A DNA stretch of 64,000 nt from assembly GCA_036229005.1 (NCBI GenBank), contig JAZAMN010000052.1, positions 384,001 through 448,000 of the forward strand, given 5' to 3'. A program made the position numbers and the translations under genes. Below the pieces are notes generated by a model. The model worked only from the letters and a program-made list of their open reading frames with translations. It was not told the origin of the DNA and did no database searches. The stretch comes from Myxococcota bacterium (lineage in GTDB: Bacteria; Myxococcota_A; UBA796; CAJQPC01). Every line of letters begins with the position of its first letter. Positions within the stretch are counted from its first letter, which is position 1. This document shows positions 8,931-17,840 of this stretch, piece by piece.

Positions 8931-9968
8931 TCAGCCGTCCTCGGGTGGGGTCAGCTTGTCCATCTGGGCCTGGAGCTGGCGGAGCTGCCGCTCGAGCTCG
9001 TGGACCCGCTGGGAGGCGCGCGAGGCGCGCAGCCAACTCTGGTGTTTGTGGGCGGGCACACCGGCCAGACGCTCGCCCGGCTCGGTGCTCCGCGTGAGCA
9101 TGCTGTGGGCCGCCAGGATGGTCCCGTCGGCGATGTTGATGTGCCCGAGCACGGTGCTGCGGGCGGCGAGCGTCACGCCTGCACCGAGGGTGGAGGAGCC
9201 GGCAATCCCAGCGTAGGCCACCAGCACGTTGTGGGGCCCCAAGGTCGCGGCGTGGCCGACCTGGACCAGGTTGTCGAGCTTGCTCCCCTGCCCGACCCGG
9301 GTCTCCCCCATGGCGGCCCGGTCCACGCAGCTATTGGCGCCGATCTCGACGTCGGACTCCACGACGGCGCGGCCCACCTGCGGGATCTTGAGGAGCCCCC
9401 GGGCGGTGGGGGCGAACCCGAAGCCCTCCGCCCCGACCACGGCGCCAGGGTTGAGCCAGACGCGGTCCCCCAGCACGCAGTCCTCCATCACCACCGCGTT
9501 GGGCATCAGGCGGCAGCGGCTCCCGAGCCTGGCCCCGGCGCCCACGTAGGCGCCCGCTTGGATCCAGCACTCTGGCCCCACGACGGCGCCGGACTCGATG
9601 ACGGCGAAGGCCTCCACCCGGCAGCCCTCTCCCAGGGTGGCGCTGGGGTCGATGGCCGCTCGCCCGTCCAGTCCCGGTGCACCCCAGCGAGGCGGGTGGA
9701 AGAGCGCGGTGGCCCTGGCGAACGCGGCGTAGGGGTCGGCGACGCGGATGATGACGCCGTCAAAGGCCACCCCCGGACGCAACAACACCGCCCCTGCGCT
9801 GCTGTCAGCGAGGTGGCGGTGGTAGCGGGGGTTGGCCAGGAAGGCGAGCTCAGACGCGCCCGCGCTCTGCAGCGGTGCGACCCCATCAAGCTCGAGCTCG
9901 GGGTCACCTTCGAGCGTTCCGCCCAGGGCCTGAGCGAGCGCGCCCGCCTTCCAGGAGCGTGCGCTCAC
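8931..9968 (-). CDS. lpxD: UDP-3-O-(3-hydroxyacyl)glucosamine N-acyltransferase
   Basis: LAFLANPRY, hexapeptide repeats, GFGFAPT, KIPQVG, EIGANSCVDR, KLDNLVQVGH. Confidence 0.95.
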   Translation of the reverse strand: MSARSWKAGALAQALGGTLEGDPELELDGVAPLQSAGASELAFLANPRYHRHLADSSAGAVLLRPGVAFDGVIIRVADPYAAFARATALFHPPRWGAPGLDGRAAIDPSATLGEGCRVEAFAVIESGAVVGPECWIQAGAYVGAGARLGSRCRLMPNAVVMEDCVLGDRVWLNPGAVVGAEGFGFAPTARGLLKIPQVGRAVVESDVEIGANSCVDRAAMGETRVGQGSKLDNLVQVGHAATLGPHNVLVAYAGIAGSSTLGAGVTLAARSTVLGHINIADGTILAAHSMLTRSTEPGERLAGVPAHKHQSWLRASRASQRVHELERQLRQLQAQMDKLTPPEDG

Positions 9969-10486
9969 TGCCCGGGGTGGTCCCGGTTGTAGCGGGCGAT
10001 CACTGCGTCGGTCATGTCGGTGCCCGACTGGTAGAGCACGATGCCCTGGCTGGACTCCAGGATCAGGTCGTAGCCCTGCTCCTTGCCCAGGGTCTCCGCG
10101 GTGGCGCGCAGGCCCGTCATGAGCTGCTCCATGGCGGAGTAGTAGGCGCCCTGCATCTCCCAGTCGGCCTTGGCGACGGCCTGCTGGTAGTTGATCTGCA
10201 TCTCGTAGAGGCGCTGCTCGTACTGCTTCTTGGCCTCCTCCGAGATCATGGGCTCCTTCTGCTGGTACTCGGTGACCAGAGCGTTGTACTCGGCCTCCAT
10301 CTGCTCCAGCTTGGCCTTCTCACCGGCGTACATGGTGTCCAGGCGGGCCTGGGCCTTCTTGCCCTCCTCGATCTCCTGGATGGCCCGGCCGTAGTCGACG
10401 ACGCCGAGCTTGAAGTCCGAGGCGTTGGCCGCGGGCGCCCAGAAGGTGACCGCGAGGAGGAGCAGGGAGAGGATGCGCGAGAACAT
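9965..10486 (-). CDS. skp: Skp/OmpH periplasmic chaperone
   Basis: Signal peptide MFSRILSLLLLAVTFWAPAANA, KLGVVD, coiled-coil body, GYDLIL..DMTDAVI; directly upstream of lpxD. Start taken at ATG 10486. Confidence 0.88.
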   Translation of the reverse strand: MFSRILSLLLLAVTFWAPAANASDFKLGVVDYGRAIQEIEEGKKAQARLDTMYAGEKAKLEQMEAEYNALVTEYQQKEPMISEEAKKQYEQRLYEMQINYQQAVAKADWEMQGAYYSAMEQLMTGLRATAETLGKEQGYDLILESSQGIVLYQSGTDMTDAVIARYNRDHPGQ

Positions 10487-10664
10487 TGGGGCCTCGGTGA
10501 GAGTGTGACGACGGCTGTCCCTTCGCCAGGAGGCCTGCATCTATTGCAGGGGCCGCTCCCTGACCAGCACAGGACGCTCGCTCCCTTGAACCCCCCAGCC
10601 CCAGGCCCCTTCCCCGCAGCGCTCCGGGCTTGTTGTCGAGCAGCCAGGGCAATAGGCCCAGGGC

Positions 10665-11774
10665 GTGTTCACATCCTTGCTCCTGGTCCTCGCTGGCTTC
10701 GCCGCCCTCTACCAAGGGGGCAACGCGCTCCTCGCGGGAGCCTCCGGGATCGCCCGACACTTCGGGCTCCCGCCCCTGCTTGTGGGCCTCACGGTCGTCG
10801 CCTTCGCCACCTCCGCCCCCGAGCTCGCCGTCTCGGTGCTCGCGGCCTTCAAGGGCAACCCCGACATCGCCGTCGGCAACGTGCTGGGCTCGAACATCTT
10901 CAACACCCTGGTCGCCGTGGGCGTGGTCGTGGCCATCGCCCCCCTGACCCTGCCGCGCAGCCTGATGCGCTGGGAGATCCCGCTGGGATTTGGGGCCACG
11001 GTCCTGGTCGGCATTCTCGCCTGGATCGGGGGCGGGATCGCCCGCTGGGAGGGGGTCCTGCTCCTGGCGCTGCTGGGCGTCATCCTGACCATCACCGTGC
11101 GCCGGGCGCTCCGAGCCAACGTCGACGCAGATCCAGAGGCCGAGGAGGGTGACGGCGCAGAGCTCGATGCGGTCCCGGCCGCATTGGTCATGGGCGCTGG
11201 CGCTGGGGCTGCGTTGCTGGATCTGGCGAGCATCTCCCTGGTGGACATCGCTGTCCCGGGCGCGGCCTTCCTGACGCTCTTGAATGCTCGCCTGCACGTG
11301 AAGCGGACCACACTGCCCATCCGGGGCCTGGCCATCGTGTTCGGCCTGGCCATGCTCGTTCTGGGCTCGGATGCCCTCGTCCGGGGCGCGACCGACATCG
11401 CCTTGTCCGTGGGCATCTCGGAGGCGGTGGTGGGCCTGACAGTCGTGGCCATCGGGACCTCGGCTCCTGAGCTGGCGACCGCTGTGATGGCGGCCAGGAA
11501 GGGACAGACGGACCTTGCCCTGGGCAACGCTCTGGGGTCCAACCTCTTCAACTTGCTGGCCGTCCTCGGAGCGGCTGCTGCCATCTTCCCGATCGAGGTC
11601 GCCCCGGCGTTTCTCCAGCGGGATCTCCCCGTCGCGCTGGGGGCAAGCGGCCTCCTCCTGCTCCCCTGGCTCACCAAGGGAAGGGTCGCCCGCTGGGTCG
11701 GGATCGCAATGTTGGGGGGCTGGCTGGCATACACAAGCTTCCTTGTGGCGCAAGCGCTGGGCGCGTTCGCTTGA
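10665..11774 (+). CDS. yrbG: Calcium/sodium (CaCA family, YrbG-like) antiporter
   Basis: Two alpha-repeats: GLTVVAFATSAPEL...GNVLGSNIFN and GLTVVAIGTSAPEL...GNALGSNLFN. Confidence 0.92.
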   Translation: MFTSLLLVLAGFAALYQGGNALLAGASGIARHFGLPPLLVGLTVVAFATSAPELAVSVLAAFKGNPDIAVGNVLGSNIFNTLVAVGVVVAIAPLTLPRSLMRWEIPLGFGATVLVGILAWIGGGIARWEGVLLLALLGVILTITVRRALRANVDADPEAEEGDGAELDAVPAALVMGAGAGAALLDLASISLVDIAVPGAAFLTLLNARLHVKRTTLPIRGLAIVFGLAMLVLGSDALVRGATDIALSVGISEAVVGLTVVAIGTSAPELATAVMAARKGQTDLALGNALGSNLFNLLAVLGAAAAIFPIEVAPAFLQRDLPVALGASGLLLLPWLTKGRVARWVGIAMLGGWLAYTSFLVAQALGAFA

Positions 11775-11853
11775 CCACAGGGCAGGATCCTGCTCTTCTT
11801 GCACGAATTCCTGACACGCCCCCCCTCCCGCGGTGTCCGCGGCTGGAGTCCTG

Positions 11854-14427
11854 ATGCGCCCTTGGATCCCCTCGCTGTTCCTCTTTGCCTTGATCGCCTG
11901 CGACAAGGACCAGCCAGTAGACACCGGCGAGCCAGTCATCGTGACCGACGAGGATGGGGATGGTCACGACGCCCAGGTGCACGGCGGAGACGACTGTGAT
12001 GACAGCAACGCCGCTGTCTTCCCGGGCGCTGACGAGGTCTGTGATGGCATCGACAACAACTGCGATGGCAGCACCGACGGCGAGGACAGCAGCGACGCGT
12101 TGACCTTCTACGCGGACAGCGACGGGGACGGCTACGGCGTGGAGACCGACACCGTGCTGGCCTGTGCGGAGCCCAGCGGGTACGCGAGCCTGGCTGGGGA
12201 CTGCGACGACAGCGAGGGGGCCGCCTTCCCGGGCAACGATGAGGTCTGCGACAGCATCGACAACAACTGCAACGCGCAGGTGGACGAGCCCACCGCGGTC
12301 GACGCCCCCACCTGGTACACCGACAACGATCAGGACGGCTACGGCGACCCGAACTACAGCACCGCGTCCTGCACCCAGCCCAGCGGCTACGTCGACAACG
12401 CGCTGGACTGCGACGACGTGTTCGACAGCATCAACCCCGACGCCGAAGAGTACTGCGACGGCATCGACAACAACTGCGACACCGTGGTCGACGAGGACAC
12501 CTCGGTCGACGCGCCCGTCTGGTACATCGACAACGACAGCGACGGCTACGGCAGCGGCGATTCCACCGCGATCGCCTGCTCACAGCCCAGCGGCTACGCG
12601 GGCACCGCCGACGACTGCGATGACAGCGACGCCTCCGTGAGCCCGGCTGGCCTCGAGGTCTGCGGCGACGGGGTCGACAACGACTGCAGCGGCGACGCGG
12701 ACGGCAGCGACGCGAGCGACGCCATCGTGCAGTACGCGGACGGGGACGGCGACGGCTACGGTGACGACACCACCGCCACGACCGGCTGTGATTTCGCCGC
12801 GGGCACCACCTGGGTGAGCGTCGGCGGGGACTGCGATGACGCGGCCTCGGGCGTCAACCCCGGCGCTCTGGAGGTCTGCGACGGCAGCGTCGACGAGAAC
12901 TGCGATGGCAGCATCGACGAGGCGACCGCATCCGACGCGGCGACCTGGTACCTGGACTCCGACAGCGACGGCTACGGGGACGCCAGCAACACGACCCCCG
13001 CCTGCTCCCAGCCCAGCGGCTACGTCGCCGACAGCAGCGACTGCGATGACAGCTCGGGCGACATCTCTCCCGCCGCCGAGGAGGTGTGCGAGAACAGCAC
13101 CGACGACGACTGCGATGGCGTGCTGGACGAGTGCGCGATCCAGGACGACCTGAGCATGGCCGACGCCGAAGCCGTCTACTCCGGCTCCGCGAACTACGAC
13201 TACGCGGGCGCGGCCGTGGCTCTGGCCGACTGGGATGGCGACGGCAACGCCGAGATCTTCGTGGGCGCCAACTACAACGACGACGGTGCGGCCAACTCGG
13301 GCGCCGTGTTCATGTGGTACGGGCCGAGCTCCGGCAGCGCCACGGGCAGCGCGGCCGACCTGGAGTTCATGGGCGACAGCAGCGCCTCTCGCACTGGCGA
13401 GGCCATCGCCATGCTGGCCGACCAGGACCTGGACGGCTTCGGAGAGCTCGCGATCGGCGCCCCTGGCTACGACGACCTGGACGCTGACGCCGGCGCCGTT
13501 TACCTGGTCACCGGCCAGGTCACTGCGGACATGGACCTGGCCGACGCCATCATGCTCGCGGGCAGCTACGCCCAGGGCAACTTCGGCGTCTCCCTGTCCG
13601 TGGGCGACGTGGACAACGACGGCTACGACGACCTGATGGTTGGCGCGCCCAGCTACAGCTACGGCTACGCCTACGTCTTCCATGGCCCCATCACCTCGGA
13701 CGCATTCGACTCCGACGCCGGGACCACCATCACCGGGGCCGTCTACGGCGACACCCTGGGCACCGCCGTGAGCACCGGCGGTGACGTCGACGGCGACGGC
13801 ATCCACGACATGCTGGTCGGCGCCCCCTCGGCGGACAGTGACGCCGGCGCGGCCTACCTCTTCTACGGCAGCAGCACCAGCAGCGCCGCAGACGTGACCT
13901 TCAGCGGGGCCGCTGGAGACAAGGCGGGGTCGGCCCTCTCCGTGCTCGGCGACCTGAACAGCGACGGCTACAGCGACATGGTCATCGGCGCACCGTCCAG
14001 CACCAACGGCACCGCTTACGTGGTGTTTGGCCCCATCACCAGCGACGTGGACCTGTCCACCGCGGCCGACATGACCTTCACCGGCGATGCCAGCGGTGAC
14101 CAGGCCGGCGCCGCCTTCAACCTCGCGGACTTCGACGGGGACGGCGACCACGACCTGGTCGTCGGCGCGCCCTACACGGACACCAGCAACAGCAACTCCG
14201 GCACCGCCTACCTGTTCTACGGCCCCTTCACCGCGGGCACGGTCGCGGTCACCAGCTCAGACGCGGCCTTCACCGGTACCAGCAGCAACGCCCACGCCGG
14301 CGAGTCCCTGGCCTCCGGCGACAGCGACGGCGACGGCTACGACGACCTGCTCATCGGCGCGAGCCGCGAGACCATCTCCTACAGGATCGAGGGCGCCGCC
14401 AGCCTGCTCATGGGCGACCAGCGCTGA
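11854..14427 (+). CDS. Acidic surface lipoprotein: six Cys-rich putative metal-binding (MopE-like) repeats plus a seven-blade FG-GAP beta-propeller
   Basis: Signal/lipobox MRPWIPSLFLFALIAC; six DCDD..PG.E.CDG.DNNCDG-type repeats; seven GDxDGDGxxDLxVGAP-type blades. Confidence 0.85.
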   Translation: MRPWIPSLFLFALIACDKDQPVDTGEPVIVTDEDGDGHDAQVHGGDDCDDSNAAVFPGADEVCDGIDNNCDGSTDGEDSSDALTFYADSDGDGYGVETDTVLACAEPSGYASLAGDCDDSEGAAFPGNDEVCDSIDNNCNAQVDEPTAVDAPTWYTDNDQDGYGDPNYSTASCTQPSGYVDNALDCDDVFDSINPDAEEYCDGIDNNCDTVVDEDTSVDAPVWYIDNDSDGYGSGDSTAIACSQPSGYAGTADDCDDSDASVSPAGLEVCGDGVDNDCSGDADGSDASDAIVQYADGDGDGYGDDTTATTGCDFAAGTTWVSVGGDCDDAASGVNPGALEVCDGSVDENCDGSIDEATASDAATWYLDSDSDGYGDASNTTPACSQPSGYVADSSDCDDSSGDISPAAEEVCENSTDDDCDGVLDECAIQDDLSMADAEAVYSGSANYDYAGAAVALADWDGDGNAEIFVGANYNDDGAANSGAVFMWYGPSSGSATGSAADLEFMGDSSASRTGEAIAMLADQDLDGFGELAIGAPGYDDLDADAGAVYLVTGQVTADMDLADAIMLAGSYAQGNFGVSLSVGDVDNDGYDDLMVGAPSYSYGYAYVFHGPITSDAFDSDAGTTITGAVYGDTLGTAVSTGGDVDGDGIHDMLVGAPSADSDAGAAYLFYGSSTSSAADVTFSGAAGDKAGSALSVLGDLNSDGYSDMVIGAPSSTNGTAYVVFGPITSDVDLSTAADMTFTGDASGDQAGAAFNLADFDGDGDHDLVVGAPYTDTSNSNSGTAYLFYGPFTAGTVAVTSSDAAFTGTSSNAHAGESLASGDSDGDGYDDLLIGASRETISYRIEGAASLLMGDQR
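11990..13135 (+). repeat. Six tandem ~70-aa Cys/Asp-rich repeats within the lipoprotein
   Basis: Recurring (W/F)YxDxDxDGYG...C..PSGY...DCDD...P...E.C...DNNC units; boundaries approximate. Confidence 0.8.
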
Positions 14428-14452
14428 GTCCCCTCCCCCCTCGGCTCACCTG

Positions 14453-14483
14453 AGACCCGCGCCGGTGCATCCGGTGCGGGTCT
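14453..14483 (+). terminator. Stem-loop between convergent genes (probable intrinsic terminator)
   Basis: agacccgcgccgg-tgcat-ccggtgcgggtct, 13-bp stem with one G:U pair, followed by tctgctct. Confidence 0.6.
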
Positions 14484-14573
14484 TCTGCTCTGTGGTGAGC
14501 CCCAGATGCGGGGCAGCCTCGGATCTCCTCGACCCCGAGCTGCACGGAACGGGCGCGACAAGCGCCCGAGCAT

Positions 14574-17138
14574 TCAGAACGCGGAGCCGATGCCGAAGTC
14601 GAACACCATGCGGCGCTCGTCCTCGTAGGGATCGATGGGGAAGCCCCACTCGAATCGCAGCGGGCCCATCGGCGAGAACCAGCGGATCCCGGCGCCGTAG
14701 CTGTAGCGCATGTCGTTGAGGTTGACGTGGCCGTTGCCGTAGGGGTCGCCGAAGGCGTTTCCGGCGTCGAAGAACACCACGCCGGAGATACCGGCGGAGG
14801 GCAGGATCTGGGCCTCGATCTCGAACTTGTTCACCCAGGTCTCGGTGCCGCCCACGATGAGGCGGTCATCCGCGCCGATGGGGTCCTCGCTGCCGGAGCC
14901 CAGCCCCTGGCTGCCCGGTCCGGGGACGCGGATGCTGGGGCCCAGGCTGTACCAGTTGTAGCCGCGCACGCTGTCCAGGCCGCCGGCCCGGTACCGGTGG
15001 ATGAAGGGCACCATGCTGCCGTCGGTGGAGGCGATCTGGCCGAAGGTGCTGTTGAAGCGGAACACGAACTTGCCGCTGAGCTTCTCGCTGCCGCTGAGCA
15101 TGGGCTGGTAGACGCGGAGGTTCAGGCGGCTCTCGACCATGTTGAAGTCACCGCCGAGCAGGTTGAGCACCTGATCATCGCTGACGCGGAACCCGCCCGA
15201 GAGAGAGGACTGGGCCTGGAAGAACCAGCCCTGCGTGGCGTAGACGCGGTTGTTGCGCTTGTCGACGGTGAAGTTCAGGCCCATGGTCGAGGTCAGGCCG
15301 TTGCGGTAGAGCTCGCCGCCGAAGAGCTTGGCCTGGTAGGGCGTGATGGACGCGAGGCCCACATCCTCCAGGCTGTAGTTCAGGGTGAGCCGGACATCGT
15401 CGCGCCGGTCCAGGTAGCGCCCCACAGCGAGCCCGCCGCCGCGCTGGTACTGCGACTGGGTGTACTCCTGGGTTAGGCTGTAGGCGTCCACCCGGACGGT
15501 CCAGCGCGTGTCCATGAAGTAGGGGTCGAAGAAGCTCAGGTTTCCCTGGCGGCGCAGCGAGGACCAGTTGATGCTGGCCTGCATCAGGTAGCCCAGGCCC
15601 AGGAAGTTGTTCTTGGACACCGAGCCGGTGAGGACGAAGTTCTCCAGGTTGGAGAAGCCAAGCCCCACAGAGAAGCTCCCCGTGGGCTGCTCGACGACGG
15701 TGACGTCCAGGTCCAGGGTGCCGGGGTCCTCGCCGCGGGGGGTGTTGATGCGGACCTCTTCGAAGAAGCCCAGGCGCTGCAGACGCAGCTTGGCCTCCCG
15801 GATGGAGGAGCCCGAGTAGATGTCGCCCTCGTTGAGGGGGATCTCGCGCCGGACGACCTTGTCCCAGGTGGGGTCGTTGCCCTTGATGTTGATGCGGTCG
15901 ATGGCCAGCTTCTCGCCCTTGACCACGATGAAGGTGACATCGACCACCCCGGTCTCGGGGTCGGTCATGGTCTGGGGGTAGACCTGCGCGAAGGCGTAGC
16001 CCTGGTCTCCGTAGAGGTCGGAGATGCGCTGCATGGTGGTCTGCAGCGTGGTGAGCTTGAAGGTGTCGCCCGTCTCCAGCGCGATGGGTTTGGGGCCTTC
16101 GGGGTTGAGCAGGGCGCGCACGCCGCTGAGCTTCTTGGGCTCGGAGGAGTCCTGGACCTCGGAGACGGTCTCGCCCTTGACCAGCCGCTGGGCGGCCTCG
16201 GCGGTCAGGCCCTCTTCGGGGACAAAGTCACCCTCCACCCGCAGGTGGCCCAGCTTGTACTGGGGGCCCTCCTCCACGTGGAGGTTGACGTAGATGTAGC
16301 GCTTGTCCGGGGAAAGGTAGACCTTGGGGTCACCGACCTTCACGTCGACGTAGCCCTCCTCCAGGTAGACCTGCTGGAGGATCTGGACGTCCGTGTCCAG
16401 AGCGGCCCAGGAGAAGGTGCCGGAGGAGGTCAGGAAGGGGGCCATGCCGCCTTCCTTGGTCTGCAGGAAGCGCTTGATGTCCCGATCGGAGAGGCCGTCG
16501 TTGCCGGTGATGTCCAGGGACTGGACGATGACCTTGCGGTTCTCGACGATCTCGAAGGTCAGCTCGACCTGGTCTTCTGCTACCTCGCGCAGGACCGGGG
16601 TGACCTCGACCAGGAAGTAGCCCTTCTCCAGGTAGAGGTCCCGCACGCGCTGGGCGTTGGACTGGAGATCCGCGTCGTTGAGCACGCTGTAGGGGCTGAT
16701 GTCGATGACCTCGAGGATGTCCTCCTCGTCGATCTTCTTGTTGCCGGTCAGCGCGACGTCCCGGACGGCGGGGTTCTCCTTGACCAGGAAGGTGACCACC
16801 ACCCCGCCCTGGGCGTCGGCGGCGGAGACATCGACCTGGACGTCCTGGAAGAAGCCGGTGCGGTAGACGGCCTTGATGTCGCGGCGGATCTTCCAGTCAG
16901 CCAGGTTCTCACCGGGGCGGAGCTGGATGGCGGCCTTGACGGCGGCCTCCTCGATGCGGCGGTTGCCCTCGACCTGTACGGACACCACGGTCTGGAGCTG
17001 GGGAGCGGTGCGCTCGATCTCCACGGGCTCCAGGGTCCCCAGCTCGTCGGAGAGCTTGGGGGGGCCGCCGCCACCCAGGCGCGGTCCGCCCTGGGCTTGG
17101 GCCAGACCACTGAACAGGAGCATGAGCGCGGCGAACAT
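14574..17138 (-). CDS. bamA: Outer membrane protein assembly factor BamA
   Basis: Five POTRA-like units, KVVRREI, LGFFEEV, NFLGLG, VRGY motif, GIRWFSPMGPLRFEWG, terminal Phe. Confidence 0.96.
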   Translation of the reverse strand: MFAALMLLFSGLAQAQGGPRLGGGGPPKLSDELGTLEPVEIERTAPQLQTVVSVQVEGNRRIEEAAVKAAIQLRPGENLADWKIRRDIKAVYRTGFFQDVQVDVSAADAQGGVVVTFLVKENPAVRDVALTGNKKIDEEDILEVIDISPYSVLNDADLQSNAQRVRDLYLEKGYFLVEVTPVLREVAEDQVELTFEIVENRKVIVQSLDITGNDGLSDRDIKRFLQTKEGGMAPFLTSSGTFSWAALDTDVQILQQVYLEEGYVDVKVGDPKVYLSPDKRYIYVNLHVEEGPQYKLGHLRVEGDFVPEEGLTAEAAQRLVKGETVSEVQDSSEPKKLSGVRALLNPEGPKPIALETGDTFKLTTLQTTMQRISDLYGDQGYAFAQVYPQTMTDPETGVVDVTFIVVKGEKLAIDRINIKGNDPTWDKVVRREIPLNEGDIYSGSSIREAKLRLQRLGFFEEVRINTPRGEDPGTLDLDVTVVEQPTGSFSVGLGFSNLENFVLTGSVSKNNFLGLGYLMQASINWSSLRRQGNLSFFDPYFMDTRWTVRVDAYSLTQEYTQSQYQRGGGLAVGRYLDRRDDVRLTLNYSLEDVGLASITPYQAKLFGGELYRNGLTSTMGLNFTVDKRNNRVYATQGWFFQAQSSLSGGFRVSDDQVLNLLGGDFNMVESRLNLRVYQPMLSGSEKLSGKFVFRFNSTFGQIASTDGSMVPFIHRYRAGGLDSVRGYNWYSLGPSIRVPGPGSQGLGSGSEDPIGADDRLIVGGTETWVNKFEIEAQILPSAGISGVVFFDAGNAFGDPYGNGHVNLNDMRYSYGAGIRWFSPMGPLRFEWGFPIDPYEDERRMVFDFGIGSAF

Positions 17139-17840
17139 CTATGGGACCTCGACCAGGCGGCCTTCGGCCACTTGAAGACGGCGGGGGAAGCGCGCCGCCA
17201 GTTCGTGGGAGTGGGTAACCACTACCAGGGTGGAGCCGCTCTCCTGGTGGAGCTCAAGCAGCAGCCCGAAGATCTCGCTGGCGGTCTTCGGGTCCAGGTT
17301 TCCGGTGGGCTCGTCGGCCAACAGCAGCTTGGGCTGAGTCACCAGCGCACGGGCGATCGCGACGCGCTGCTGCTCGCCGCCAGAGAGCTGGCTGGGCTTG
17401 TGATCCAGCCGCGCAGAGAGCCCGACCCGATCAAGCTGGATGCGCGCCCGGCTTCGGGCTTTCTCCAGGTTCATGCCGCGGATGATCAGGGGCATGGCCA
17501 CGTTCATCACCGCGCTCTGGTCAGGCAGCAGGTGGTGGGACTGGAAGACGAAGCCCACGTGCTCGTTGCGCAGGCGGTCGATCTCGCGGGCGCTGCGCGT
17601 GAACACGGGCTGCCCGTCCAGGAAGATCTCGCCGCTGTTGGGGCGGTCCAGGGTCCCAAGGATCTGCAGGAAGGTGCTCTTGCCCGAGCCGCTGGGCCCG
17701 ACGATGGACACCCGGTCTCCCGCGGCCAGATCGATGTTCACGTCCTGGAGGACCTGGATCTCCTGCTCCCCCATCTGGAAGCGCCGGCTCAGACCGCGGA
17801 CGGACACGCCGCTCTCGGCGGGGGCAGACTCAGGCAGCAC
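17139..17840 (-). CDS. lolD: Lipoprotein-releasing ABC transporter ATPase
   Basis: GPSGSGKST, GFVFQSHHLL, LSGGEQQRVAIARAL, ADEPTGNLD; start chosen at GTG 17840 (GGAGGG upstream); the ORF track extends it to 17861. Confidence 0.9.
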   Translation of the reverse strand: MLPESAPAESGVSVRGLSRRFQMGEQEIQVLQDVNIDLAAGDRVSIVGPSGSGKSTFLQILGTLDRPNSGEIFLDGQPVFTRSAREIDRLRNEHVGFVFQSHHLLPDQSAVMNVAMPLIIRGMNLEKARSRARIQLDRVGLSARLDHKPSQLSGGEQQRVAIARALVTQPKLLLADEPTGNLDPKTASEIFGLLLELHQESGSTLVVVTHSHELAARFPRRLQVAEGRLVEVP

